In this document: piece by piece, positions 1 to 11,993 of the stretch
How the letters are laid out: every line of letters starts with the position of its first letter
How positions within the stretch are numbered: the first letter of the stretch is position 1
NCBI GenBank assembly: GCA_030770535.1
Contig: JASVEC010000131.1
Location: 1 to 44,434, forward strand
Length of the DNA stretch: 44,434 nt
Source: Batkoa obscura
Taxonomy: Eukaryota
Direction of reading: 5' to 3'
Position numbers and translations under genes: made by a program
The notes under the pieces: generated by a model
Seen by the model: only the letters and a program-made list of their open reading frames with translations
The model's database searches: none
What the model was told of the DNA's origin: nothing

Positions 1-1301
1 ACAAATAAGTTAGGCTTGTTAGCATCCAAAAACTAGGAGATTGCTTTATACCTGAAGTACCAAACAAAACCACTTTTGATATTGGACCAATTTTAAAACA
101 AGCTGTAACTAATTACTTTAAATTTGTTAATGTGGAATGTCCCTTATTCGATGAGACAAGATTTGATTTTACTTCACGCTCTTTCCATTTAAAATCGACA
201 ATATTTGTGGGTGGTCTTTTTTATATGGATCAAACGGAAACTGTAAAGAATTTGGTTAAGTATTTTGAAGAAAAGCTTTATAATTTTGTTTCGAATGTCC
301 CTAGAATTAAACCTAATTTAGAGAATATACAAATAATACTAATATTGGTGACTAGCTTTACTAAATTTGAATGGGTTGCCAATATTAGAGAATTCCTTTT
401 GTTTCATTGCTATAGAATGTCATTTGTGATAGGATTAAGCCAATCGTCAAAGAAATTTTTTAAAGAGACCAATGCTGAACGAATTTACACTTACTGTCTA
501 TTAAGTGTATATTATAATGGATTCATATTAAATCTTGGATCTTATATCGCTGAACCTGCATTTCCACTGCAGATGAATAGGTTGGATAACCATTTTAAGA
601 GTAAATTTTCTCATTATGCTTTTGATTTTGACAAAGATGACAAGAATATACAACAATATTGTTTCTTTAAATTGCATGAATTTTATTATATTATAAGCAC
701 GCTTTTTTTCGACTTACATTTAATTAAAGGGGCAAACATAAAGGAAATTGAAGACTATGTGAAATTTAATAGTGTTCTAAAAAAGCTCTTATTTAAAATA
801 CTTGTGGTTAAAGAAACGTATACCAGGGTTATGAATAATATTTTGGTAAAAATCAAAAATGAAAAATCTAAGTCAACTATTAAGGATTATCAAAATTGCA
901 TTAACTATTTTTATCATCATACTAACTTTTATATACATTCAATCCGATTCAATGCATCTAAAGAAAAAAAAGTTTATGAATACGAGGAATACATGTTTGA
1001 TAATAATATTAATACAAACGTACTAAATCATATTAAGATTATAACTAAAGAATATTATCTTGTAATTGATAGTATCGCTAAAACCTCACATAAATATACT
1101 CTTGGCCTTGATTATGCAATTTTATCTACTTGTCTAGTTCTGTTGATACGATATGGAGGAAAGGAAGTTGAAACTATAACGTATATTCAAAAAGGGAAGG
1201 GCTTATTAGAATTTTTACAAAAATCACCACTTTCTGCAAGGATATGTAAGTTTAACTTAGCACTAATTGGCATTATTGCAGAATCGTTAAAAATACTCTA
1301 A
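1..1301 (+). pseudogene. Zn2Cys6 transcription factor paralog, 3' part; 5' end lies outside the window; apparent frameshift at ~28-45
   Basis: Frame 1 reads TNKLGLLASK (paralogs: TDKLGLLASK) and stops at 34-36. The homologous FIPEVPNKTTFDIGPILKQAVTNYF...PLFDETRFDF resumes in frame 3 and runs to 1301. Clearly homologous to 5903-7768, 18316-20103 and 29293-31050. Could be an assembly indel in an intact gene. Confidence 0.7.
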
Positions 1302-1742
1302 ATATACTAAAAACAACAATTTATGAATTTAATAAAGTTTAACTTAATATTTTTTTATCTTGTTTTATTTTTGATATTCAGGCTTATAGTATTTTCTACC
1401 TTTATTAAAATTAATCTTAAAATTGAATCTTACATTAATATTGTACTAATTCACTTAGTTTTATTTCAATTAAGATAAGATTGTTAGAAAATATTATTAC
1501 TTGAATCCTTCTGATTTACTTTATAAAAGTCTAGTTTCAAATCTTTGATCTGTATTTACTAAATGATCATAACGTTTATTCAAGAATTAATTTTTTGTAG
1601 TCAAGGTCGATTTAATATAGAACATTTATTAGCTGTAAATCAATGATCATACATGTGTTATGATTTTCAATGATACAATCAATTATATTGTATATCCTAG
1701 TTTTAATGGTAGATATCTAATTTTTAATAATCTTTCAATTAT

Positions 1743-1849
1743 ATATAGAGATGTTTTTCTTGGCTTCATTACTTTTTCTATCTTTTAAGCGCTATTTGAG
1801 TGAAAAAATTATCAGCAAAATTCTTAAATACAAAAATACATCACCATAT
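1743..1849 (+). mobile_element. MITE copy 1 (tandem with copy 2)
   Basis: ATAT-AGAGATGTTTTTCTTGGCTTC...AAGCGCTATTTGAGTG...CAAAAATACATCACC-ATAT. Confidence 0.85.
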
Positions 1850-1939
1850 GGGAATGTTTTTTTGGCTTATTTTTTCCATCTTTTAAGCACTACTTGAGTG
1901 GAAAAATTGTTAGTAAAATTCTTAAATATATCCCTATAT
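1846..1939 (+). mobile_element. MITE copy 2 (short internal deletion)
   Basis: Shares the ATAT at 1846-1849 with copy 1; same core sequence. Confidence 0.8.
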
Positions 1940-2391
1940 TGAATATTTTTTTGTAATAAATTTTTATTTTTAATCCCAAGAATTTGCACAAGTTAATAAC
2001 TACTCAATCTATTTCATATTAATCATCATATCTTTTCACAAGTTTGGCTAATGAATATGATGGTTGTTGTGAAACAAACTAAATACTTAACAGTATGAAT
2101 AAATTATCCTTAAATACATACAAAATTTTTCAAGAACCAAACAGTTGTATTTAACTGTCAATAGTTGATACTAAGTGAATCATTAAGCTCATGAATTTAA
2201 AATATCAATTTATTTGAGAAGCAATAATTATATCTTAGTTAGCTTTACACAAAATTCTTAGTGAAAAATTTTTAATAGCACAAACCCAAGTTGAAAAATA
2301 GACACTAAAATAATAAAATTATAAACTTTTTTGTTTAAACAATTCAATCAGCCCAGAGACATAAGAATACAAAAGCGATAACTAAAAAAGG

Positions 2392-2562
2392 ATGGTAGTA
2401 TTAAATTTGAGGAGCATTTATTCAAGGTTTCGTACCCCAGAAGAAGAGAGTGAAATTTCAAAATCAGCATTTTTAAAATTAGTTGGGTTTTTAGCTACTT
2501 GTGCAGTACTCACTTTAGTTACTAAGAAAAATTGGGCTCTACAACTCATTGGTAAAGTATAG
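2392..2562 (+). CDS. 56-aa single-TM small protein, possibly Tom5-like mitochondrial import subunit
   Basis: MVVLNLRSIYSRFRTPEEESEISKSAFLKLVGFLATCAVLTLVTKKNWALQLIGKV*: acidic PEEE patch, one hydrophobic helix, basic tail. Below the ORF-track length cutoff. Confidence 0.5.
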   Translation: MVVLNLRSIYSRFRTPEEESEISKSAFLKLVGFLATCAVLTLVTKKNWALQLIGKV

Positions 2563-2653
2563 TTTTTTTCATTAATAGAAGCAAATAATAAATTTCACAA
2601 ATTGGGAATCAAGTATAAGATGTAATTTGTTTTATTTCTGAACATTTTATAAG

Positions 2654-2960
2654 TTACCATTTTCTTTTTAACTAAAAATAAAATTAAGAGATTATTTAGA
2701 AGATAACCTATATTATTTACTTGATTCTGAACACAAAGTTTAAACTGCTCAAACTCTTTACTACATATCCCTTTGCTTACTTCATAAAAATTTCTGTTTA
2801 CGCAATTTCCATAGATTAGAGCCTAAAAATGAATGCTTATTGATAAAACTATTTAGACTTCTAAAATAGTACTTACTGCTTCTGAGCATTGTACTGATGC
2901 TTGGGCTAGCTTACTTATATTTTTACGGGATGTACTTGTAAGCGGTATACTAGACTTCAT
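2654..2960 (-). CDS. NDUFAF8: NDUFAF8-like twin CX9C mitochondrial protein, 67 aa, 3 exons (2960-2877, 2822-2721, 2671-2654)
   Basis: Spliced at GT..AG introns: MKSSIPLTSTSRKNISKLAQASVQCSEAALIYGNCVNRNFYEVSKGICSKEFEQFKLCVQNQLKRKW*. Two exact CX9C motifs. Confidence 0.8.
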
Positions 2961-3368
2961 AACTTTTTTAAACAAAAGAATATTAATTGTAAAAAGAAGG
3001 CTTTTTTATTTTGCAAAAAATAATTGCGTTGATCAATAGTAGCTTGGAATAACTAATAAACGTTTTTTAATAACTTTTTTTGTAAAGGATATAAAGCAAT
3101 CTAAAATAAAATAAAATAAGTTACAAACTCAAATGGTAGCTTATGAATTTTATTTAGTCCATAATATCTGTATTAAATTACTAATATAAAAAAATCAAGA
3201 ATGATGGAGAAAGAAAAATTAATTTAAGGAACGCCGCATTATTGGCTGATATTTAAGTTTATTATTCATTACCCCATTCATTTCATAATAAATACCAAAA
3301 GTTTATAAAAGTGTCTCTTGTTTTTTAATTTATTAAGTTTAGAAAAAGTAGTAAGTAGAAATAATATA

Positions 3369-5447
3369 ATGACCCTAATTCAACTTAGCAATCGGCAATT
3401 GAGTATAATATTTACTGTAGTAATACTTATAAGTGTTGTGTTAATTATAACTGGCATACCAATAGAAGCGAATAAAAATAAACTAGAGAGCAGTGTTACT
3501 ACTAGTAATAAAGAGAAAATAATCTCTCCTTTAAATATTGAAACCATTATCAAAGAACAAGACATTTTTGGTGATGAGAAAGAGTTCTCCAAATCAGATG
3601 ATGTAAACCGTGATAAGCAAATAAGTCAAGAAAATAACAGTAACACTTCAACTACAGCTGATACAGCAGCCACAACAACAGAATCAAACGATAATAAAAA
3701 AGAAAAAGAAACCAAAAAAGAAACTAAAGAAGAGAATGAGAATAAAATAAATTCAGAGCATTTTGTATTGAGTGAAGATAAAATTGAAGATTACTCTTAC
3801 TGTGAAGCGAATACTTTGAACGAAAACAGTTACTCTTCAATTGTAAGTTATTATTATTGTTATTTTAGTTCATTTTTTTATGCTTTTTCATTAGAACGAT
3901 CATGAATTAATTGCATTACATATTGTTACACGTCACGGGGATAGAACACCGACAAAATTTTTACCATTGGGGTTAGAAAAAGATCCATGGAATTGTTTAG
4001 GAGAAAACAATAAAATAATAAATCCTAATAATGATGTGAAATTTATTGAAAGGGAAATGAAATTTGTACCAGAAGGATGCTCAACTAACAATTATTGTTT
4101 CAATAACCCATTTCAATCTTTTTATTGGCCAGGTAATTGTACAGATGGACAGTTGACAGAGAAAGGAATGATGCAATTAAATAACGTTGGAAAAAGGATC
4201 AATGATATTTACGTTAAAAAATTGAAGTTTTTAAGTGGCGACTTTAAGTCAGATGAATCTAAATTAGTATTAAGATCAACTAATATTTGGCGTACTCATC
4301 AATCGGCAAATGCGCTATTAAGTGGAATGTATGAACAAGCAAATAAATTTGAAATAAATGTAATGCCAATGGAATTAGAAACTTTATTACCATTACAAAA
4401 GATGTGTCCATTATTGAAAAAATTAGAACTTGAGCTAAAGCATAGTAAACTGTATAAGCAATTTTTAGCAAGTCTTGAAATTGAACGTAAAAAGATCGAA
4501 GACATCATTGGAGGGCCTAGACTTGGAGATCACAGCGATGCTATTGACTATTACGTTGATATTTTTCAAGCAAGACAATGTCATCAATTTCCACCTGTAT
4601 GTAAAAAAAATAAACTTAAGAATCAAACAGAATGTGTTACTAAAGAAATGATTGACAAAATGATGATCCATGGTAATAGTGAAGTACGATTATTTTATCG
4701 CGATCACCCATTAGTTTATCCCCAATTAGCAAGATTAAGAATTGGAGGCTTTTTGATGGAATTAAAGAGAAATTTACTGATTAAAATCAGCAATTATTTT
4801 AATTTGAAATTTATTGAAGCGGAACATTTGACTTTATTCAACTCAGATTTGAAGTTTTTTTATTATTCCGCTCATGACACCTCAATCGCTGCTATCTTGG
4901 GTGCTTTACACTCGGATGATATGAAGTAAGCTTGTATGTTTTATTTATATATAAATTAATAATTTCATAAAATTAGCTGGCCACCTTATGCCTCAAATTT
5001 AATATTTGAATTATGGGTAGCGAAAAATAAGACTATAAAAGATAAAGAAGACATGTATTAAACCAAATTAAATTAAGAATGATTTATAATGGAAAGAAAT
5101 TAGCGACTTCATGGTGTAAATTAGAAGAGTGCAACTTGACAACGTTCTTAAATTATTTAGATAATTCACTTAATTTAGTTGGCGGCTTTGAGTTTTATAA
5201 TCATTTTAATTTCTCAAATACTACCGTCACTTCTGTTGCAAGTGACGTTTCCTCAGCTTCCTCTTTTCCTTCTTTATCTATCCATTTACCTAGCCAGGAT
5301 AGATCTGTACTTTCCCCTTCTTCAACTAAAAGTATTAGCGTTAATGGGTCTTTAGCTTCAACCACTAAACCTTCCACATCAACTCCATTATCACATCCTT
5401 TAACCACTTGGGACTTTTTACAAGAGTGTTGGATTGATTCAGAATAA
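3369..5447 (+). CDS. Histidine acid phosphatase (branch 2) with N-terminal signal/anchor; introns 3843-3894 and 4926-4976; apparent 1-nt frameshift at ~5050
   Basis: Splicing gives LHIVTRHGDRTP (RHGxRxP), GQLTEKG, STNIWRTHQSA, YSAHDTSI (HD motif), WPPYASNLIFELW, then LRMIYNG in a shifted frame and a Ser/Thr-rich tail. Confidence 0.88.
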
Positions 5448-5736
5448 ATAAAGTTGTGGTTGTTTTTTTAGAGTAGTAAGAATTATAATATTATTTTAAT
5501 ACCTTGTTAAATTTTAAATTGAGATTATCTATTTAAAAAGCAAATCACTTTAGAATAATGCAAGTGTAGCTTAAAAATTAAAACTTAATGGTGCTGTAAA
5601 TGGATTTGTTTTATAGACTACTATGGTTTTCCTTTTAGTCTATTTTTATGAATATTTATTTATCACCTTTAAGATGATAATATACATCAATAATAACTTC
5701 CAGTTTATCATTATAAAAATAATTTAACAGCTCTTT

Positions 5737-5841
5737 ATATGAGAATATCTTTTTGGTTTCACCATTTTTTCTGTTTTTAAGCGCTACTTAAGTAGAAAGA
5801 TTGCTAGTAAAATTCTTAAACAGAAAAATAAATCGCCATAT
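5737..5841 (+). mobile_element. MITE copy 3
   Basis: ATAT-GAGAATATCTTTTTGG...AAGCGCTACTTAAGT...AAAAATAAATCGCC-ATAT. Confidence 0.8.
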
Positions 5842-5902
5842 GTTACTTTAAATTGCTTTTCAAACATCAAGCTTATATTAAATTAGTATGAAAGTAAATA
5901 AG

Positions 5903-7768
5903 TTATGGTTTTATTGATTTTATGTTATTACTCAAAGACTCAGTTATAAGTTCAATTAATTTTAAATTTAACCCACATACCTTTAAAGCAAAAGGTAATG
6001 TCAATGAGGATTCTAATAGTCCCTTTCCTTTTTTAATGTATTTTAAAATTTCATGATTATTTCTTCCATATTGTATTATAAAAACCAAACATGTTGAAAT
6101 AAGAGGATAATCAAGAGTAAGAGTATATTTGTGATAACTTACAGCAGCACTATCAATTACTAAATAGCACTGTTTGAGCGTATCTTTAATACGATTTAAT
6201 ATACTTATATTAATATTCTTATCAAGCTTATGTTCTTTATATTCATACGCTTTCTTTTCTTCAGAAACATCAAAATTAACAAAACTAATATAAAAGTTAA
6301 TATGATGAAAAAAATAAACTATACAATTTTGATAATCCTCGATCGTTAATTTTAAATCATAGCTATTGATAAAAGGTAAAAATTCAGTCATAACAGTAAT
6401 GTATTCTTCTTTAACTGCGAATGTTTTAAACGTAAGTCTTGATAGAAAGCTATTTAATTTCATCTGATCATCACTTCCTTTTATCTTTTTCTCTTTGATT
6501 AGTCGTAAATCAAAATATAGCGTACTTGTTATATAATAAAATTCTTGAAGCTTTAAAAAACAGTATCTTTGGATATGTTTATCTTCTTTGTTGAAATCAA
6601 TATTAGAGAGAGAAAGTTTACTTCTAAAATGCCTATTTAATTTCTTTAATCCCAATGGAAATACAGGCTCAGCAATATATGATCCAAAACTTAATAAGAT
6701 TCCATTGTAAAAAGAATTTAATACGCAGTAAGTATAAGTTCGTTCAATATTGGCCACTTTAGATAACTTCTTTGGTGATTGACTCAATCCTATTATAAAT
6801 GACATTCTATAGGAATGAAACAAAAGGTAATCTCTAATACCACCAATCCATGAAAAACATGGAATTCCAATTATTAGTATAAGTATTATTTGTATATTTT
6901 CTAAACTGGGCTTAATTCTAGGGACATTTGAAACAAAATGATAAAGCTTTCCCTCAAAATAACTAATTAGTTTTTTTACGATTTCTGTTTGCTTCATATA
7001 AAAGAGACCACCTGTAAATATTGCCGATTTTAAATTAAAAGAACGTGAAGTAAAATCAAACCTTGTTTCATCAAACAAAGGAATTGTTTTATTAATTGAC
7101 GTAAAATAATTGGTTACTGCTTGCTTTAAAATTGGTCTAATATTAAAGGTGTTTTCATTTGGTACTTCTGGTACAAATATTAGCCTCTTAGGTTTGGATG
7201 CCAACAAACCTAACTTATCCGTTAGTACAATAAAAAGATTTAAGCCTTTACTAGGAAAATATGGCGACGGATTTTGAATAAAATTTAACAAATTTTCTAA
7301 TAATGATTTCCTCTTAAATTTACTAAATATACCAATAATATTATATGGAAAATCATAATCCTTTGGTAACTTTAGTAATTGATGTTTAGTTTCTTTTGAC
7401 AATTTTAATAGCTGGTTTTCATTTTTATCTTTTAATTTAACTGCCTGAGTTTTGTTTTCTTCTGGTTGAAACATTTTAGGAGCAATTACAGCCTCTTTTT
7501 TTGAAGTGAAGCTAACATTGACAACCTTAAATCTAAATTTATCTTTTCCAAAGGCTCTGTAATTACGTCTAATTCCCAAGTGCCCAGCTCCATACTCGGT
7601 GTCTTCGCTTTTATTATATATGACTTCTCTATTTAAGGTACATTCTATCTTTCTTTTTATACAATTTAAGCATTTAGGTAATACTCTATCACATTTAAGG
7701 TGCTTTTTAACACATGAATCACATCTATGTCCTCTTCTACTAAGCTTTAAACTATTTCGCTGCTCCAT
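5903..7768 (-). CDS. Zn(II)2Cys6 fungal transcription factor, 621 aa, intronless
   Basis: CDSCVKKHLKCDRVLPKCLNCIKRKIEC fits C-x2-C-x6-C-x6-C-x2-C-x6-C; YF..INKTIPLFD middle homology region. Confidence 0.92.
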   Translation of the reverse strand: MEQRNSLKLSRRGHRCDSCVKKHLKCDRVLPKCLNCIKRKIECTLNREVIYNKSEDTEYGAGHLGIRRNYRAFGKDKFRFKVVNVSFTSKKEAVIAPKMFQPEENKTQAVKLKDKNENQLLKLSKETKHQLLKLPKDYDFPYNIIGIFSKFKRKSLLENLLNFIQNPSPYFPSKGLNLFIVLTDKLGLLASKPKRLIFVPEVPNENTFNIRPILKQAVTNYFTSINKTIPLFDETRFDFTSRSFNLKSAIFTGGLFYMKQTEIVKKLISYFEGKLYHFVSNVPRIKPSLENIQIILILIIGIPCFSWIGGIRDYLLFHSYRMSFIIGLSQSPKKLSKVANIERTYTYCVLNSFYNGILLSFGSYIAEPVFPLGLKKLNRHFRSKLSLSNIDFNKEDKHIQRYCFLKLQEFYYITSTLYFDLRLIKEKKIKGSDDQMKLNSFLSRLTFKTFAVKEEYITVMTEFLPFINSYDLKLTIEDYQNCIVYFFHHINFYISFVNFDVSEEKKAYEYKEHKLDKNINISILNRIKDTLKQCYLVIDSAAVSYHKYTLTLDYPLISTCLVFIIQYGRNNHEILKYIKKGKGLLESSLTLPFALKVCGLNLKLIELITESLSNNIKSIKP

Positions 7769-8006
7769 AGACTGAAAAATATATAAATCATTATGTAATA
7801 AGTTGTTTAAACAATTTTAACAAATACCCAATTAAAAAGTTAATCTTTACTTAAAGTATAAATTCAAATTATTCACTAATTTTGTTAAAGGCTAGCAAAT
7901 TAAATAGAGTAATTTCCCAAAATTATGTCATACTTTATGCAAAATTATACTTTAACTAGCATTAAACTAATTTTTTATTCTATATTTGTTAAAAAGCCGC
8001 ATTAAA

Positions 8007-8108
8007 ATATGGGGGTGTTTTTTTTGACTTCATTTTTTCCATTTTTGAACGCTATTTAGTGGAAAAATTGTTAGTAAAATTCTTAAACACAAAAATATAT
8101 CCACATAT
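8007..8108 (+). mobile_element. MITE copy 4
   Basis: ATAT-GGGGGTGTTTTTTTTGACTTC...CACAAAAATATATCCAC-ATAT. Confidence 0.85.
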
Positions 8109-8568
8109 CTTATTTTCAACTCTTATCTACAAGAGTACCATGATTTTAGAAGTATATTATAAACATTATAAATACTTTTCATTATATCAGTAATTGGATA
8201 AAATCTAAAATATAATACGAATGCGTTAAATTTTGAAAACTATCGTAAGTTATAGTTCAATAAAATTAATATCATTACATTATATGATTTGATGAAGTAA
8301 TTCAGTTTTTATTGTTTTTAATATTTATAGCTAAAATCATAATTCTTAATATTTAATGAAATGTACAAGTTTTTTTAATAGCAAAAACTATCATATTGGG
8401 ACCATTGTTATGGTATTTCATTAAGCTTGTGCTTTTAACAATTATACCTTTTATACTAAATAAGATATCACATTTATATAAGAAGCTTAATCTAATAGAA
8501 TGTATGTATTTAAAATTAAAATAAAAAATAGCACAATTATTACTAATTTGTACTTTATTTATTAGCTA

Positions 8569-9909
8569 TCAAATTAACTGCAAATTAATATCCGGGAATT
8601 CAACTTTAAAAAATTTAATATCAATTGGGTACTTTAGACCATTAGCTATTTGAAAAGTAATTGGGTTATTATAGTAGTAATAGTAACCTATAGTTGAAAA
8701 ATAACGAAGATATCCTTTTCTAAATAAGACATATTCTATATTAGGAAATAAATACAGAATGTAAAATAAATTTTGAAGTGAAAGCTCATATTTTATAAAG
8801 CTTAATTTTTTAATTGATTTACACTGAACTAATTTCTTTTGGTTTTTTAAACAAAAATAGTCGGGATTCTCTAATACATCGTCATCACTATTCCAATCAA
8901 ACTGACATAATTTAAAGGAGTCCTTTTCAAGGTAGTTCGAATTATATAATTTTATGCTCTGGACGTTATTTGGTTCGGAAAGTCCATGGACTATTTCTTC
9001 GAATAATTCACTTTTGTTAATACTAATTTCATTTAAATTGAGCATTTTGTCTAAACTATTGAGATTTAAAAATAATTTTTGAATAAATCCCATAAATCTG
9101 ATTTTAACATTCCTACTATCTTTAAATACTAACTCATCATATTTGAAATTTTGTAACTTTATAATTAACTTATGAAGCTGCGTTAAATCTCCAAAATAGT
9201 CTAAGTTGTAATTATCATCCATCTTCCCTTTGATTTTAAGTTCCTTAAGCTTAATAAAGTTGTTAGCTTTATTGTAGATACGTGGTATCTTCATATTATA
9301 TGATGTGAGATGTAATGTGGTTAAATTTTTGAATTGTTTCAACGCTTCAATCCCATTTAAGTCTAAGAACATTATGGATTTAATCTTTAATACCTTCAAT
9401 CCGGTTTTATCTAAGTACTCTAGGACATCACTTAGTGTCAGCGCCTTACTTATTAACTTAAGTTCACTTAATTGATGTAAACAGCTCTTAAACAAGTCAA
9501 AATAAATTCGAAAGTCCTCATAATTAACATCAACTGATAACTTTTTCAAACTCAAAAATTCATTATGTATTAGATGACCATTCTTAGATAGCTTAAACTT
9601 GGAATTAAGGCTAAAATGCAAACATTTAATATATTGACATGAATTTAATGATTCAAATTGGCTAACACTGGACACTAATAACTTCTTCATTTCATTCGGA
9701 TTCTCTTTTATGAAGTTATGCTGTATTCTTTTATTAGCTTCTTTAAATTTTTGGTACTCTGAGTAAGTTAAATTGATAAATATTTGATTTCTAATTATTC
9801 GTTGGAACCTTTTACTAATTGATTGTAGCTTAAACAATTCTATAATATCAATATACTCAAATACTCCTTTCAGTATAACTCCAGGTAATAAATTTAGTTC
9901 GATATACAT
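8569..9909 (-). CDS. F-box/LRR-like protein, 446 aa
   Basis: N-terminal LNLLPGVILKGVFEYIDIIELFKLQSISKRFQRII F-box pattern followed by LxxLxL repeats. Confidence 0.8.
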   Translation of the reverse strand: MYIELNLLPGVILKGVFEYIDIIELFKLQSISKRFQRIIRNQIFINLTYSEYQKFKEANKRIQHNFIKENPNEMKKLLVSSVSQFESLNSCQYIKCLHFSLNSKFKLSKNGHLIHNEFLSLKKLSVDVNYEDFRIYFDLFKSCLHQLSELKLISKALTLSDVLEYLDKTGLKVLKIKSIMFLDLNGIEALKQFKNLTTLHLTSYNMKIPRIYNKANNFIKLKELKIKGKMDDNYNLDYFGDLTQLHKLIIKLQNFKYDELVFKDSRNVKIRFMGFIQKLFLNLNSLDKMLNLNEISINKSELFEEIVHGLSEPNNVQSIKLYNSNYLEKDSFKLCQFDWNSDDDVLENPDYFCLKNQKKLVQCKSIKKLSFIKYELSLQNLFYILYLFPNIEYVLFRKGYLRYFSTIGYYYYYNNPITFQIANGLKYPIDIKFFKVEFPDINLQLI

Positions 9910-10518
9910 AGTTCAAAAGGGGTTTGAAAGGAACATTTTTGCTGTATTTATAAGTCTTTATTCATATACTTGTTAAAATTATGTTTGATTGGGTAATAAT
10001 CACGCTAGCAGTAATTTTGTAAGATTTGTGTTTTTACTATTTAAATAGTATCAAGGATACCAATATAAACATCCTTTGGTAATTTAAATAAATCACTCTT
10101 TTTTCTTTTTATGTGGTTATCTTAATTGTTTAAATCTTTCTTTTGAGCAAAATAAATGTACTATATGGGTGACAGTTTTTTTTTTTTTTATAAAGCACAT
10201 GTTTAAAGCTACGCTTTTAACTTAGTAAAAAGGTGCTTGCTTCTTTTTCATTATAATTTGATTTTTTTCCAAATATGTTCTTCAAAAACATGATTGGTTA
10301 GTTTAAAATTTATAAAGATAATATTACAGCTTCAATCATACAATAATTTTATAAATATTAATTAAAATATTAAAGCTTTATTGTAGATAAAAGCTACATA
10401 TCTCCATATCCTTTGTGCTTCTTACTGTTGTTTTGGATTAAAAGGGTAAAGTTAGCAAGTACACGGCTATGTGTCTCAGAAGTTTATGGCAAGCTTCATA
10501 GATGGTTAGAAAATTACT

Positions 10519-10625
10519 ATATGGGAGTGTCTTTTTTGACTTCATTATTTTTTCCATTTTTTAAGCGCTATTTAAGTGGAAAATTTGTTAGTAAAATTCT
10601 TAAATACAAAAATACATCCCCATAT
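10519..10625 (+). mobile_element. MITE copy 5
   Basis: ATAT-GGGAGTGTCTTTTTTGACTTC...CAAAAATACATCCCC-ATAT. Confidence 0.9.
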
Positions 10626-10949
10626 TGATTTTATAGACTATATTTTTAGTGGTTTATAAGTTCCATAAAAATTCTGAATTTTGTAAAATTTAAAATAGAT
10701 GTTCTTCTTTTTGTATAATTTGCCAAAGCTAAAAATGGCTATTAACTTTAGAAAAATATTCTTATCAAACGTTATTCGTAAACTAAGTAACAGTGTGAAG
10801 CACTAATTCCCTTAACATTTTAATATATACTACAACTATTATCAAAAGTTATAAATTTAATAGAAAAAAATGAATAATAACATAACTTAAAGAATTAGGC
10901 AAACAACAATTTTAGTTCTCATTCATTCTAAAAATAAATAATGGACTTT

Positions 10950-11681
10950 TCATGATAAATCCTCTATAAGTAACTCTAACTCGCTATCAAAATGTGCCAA
11001 ATAATCATCATAATAGATTAAAAAATGATTCTTAATATCATTCAACTGCTGCTTTTGACCCGCATATGTTGTAAGCCAATACCTTGTGCTAAATTGAATA
11101 AATAAAGTTTTAAAATTTACACTCAAGCGCAAAATTTTCATAAAATAAAATTACCTTTTTTCGATATAGCCAACTCGAATCATATTAGAATATTCTTCAG
11201 CCGAGGAAGGTAAAGAGCCTGGGTAATCCAAAATCTTAGCAAGTATATTTTCTTGAATTGTTTCTGTTTTATTTTCTTCAAAATATTCTTTAACTAAGTG
11301 ATATAACTCATGTCTTGTGTTTACAATTAAATAGCATCCTGATAAATTGATTTCCACGGATTTTATGTTATCTTTTATTTTTATTATCTTTACATTAGAA
11401 TCATCACCTATTTCTTCTAACCAGCTAAGGCATACTTCTTTAATATAACTGTTTAAAATATCCAACTCCTTCGGTAAATGCTCAATTAAAACACAACATT
11501 TTGATCCTAGTAACAAAAACCCTAACTCACCGTATAAGTGTAACTCAGAGATATCGACACGGTTGTTATCAGTTAAAAGGCGATTTTGGTTACTTTTCAA
11601 ATTTTGAAACCATTTCTTCTCTAGCGCCTTATAAAAGTTATACATTTTAAATATATGTTTGTTGTTAGTAATTTTACTCAT
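10950..11681 (-). CDS. Hypothetical protein, 2 exons (11681-11155, 11088-10950), ~220 aa
   Basis: The GTAATT...TTTAG intron joins ORFs 11151-11681 and 10950-11141 in frame (...VGYIEKS/TRYWLTTYAG...). Motif LAKILDYPGSLP; function not recognised. Confidence 0.72.
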
Positions 11682-11993
11682 TTTATATTCTATAATTCTA
11701 TTAAACCAGATTATCTTATAACAAGGTCTCTAGGATTCTTATTTTAATGTTTTGCTTTTTATTGAGTAATGATTATTCATTCATATTAAGCCAATAAGAT
11801 CAATTCAAAATACTATGCAAAAAAAATCCCTGGATAACTAAACCCAGGCATAGCTCTGGTGTACCAATTAAATTCAATTTGTATTGCATTGCTTAACATA
11901 ATTGATTAGCCTCAAGTTACCAAGCCAAAGTAACCACTATAAACAATAATTATAAAAGCAAAACAATTTGCTTAATAATTTATAGTACAAAAG

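Noticed and set aside
2870..2920. U1-like ACTTAC and hairpin CTGAGCAT...ATGCTTGG as an ncRNA
   Set aside because: Explained by the 5' splice site and exon 1 of the minus-strand NDUFAF8-like gene.
10413..10628. ORFs 10413-10628, 16304-16507, 20855-21037 and 42274-42522 sharing KRYLSGKxVSKILKYKNTSP-like text
   Set aside because: The similarity comes entirely from MITE copies, and the predicted starts lie in unrelated flanks or inside the element, so they are not called as genes.
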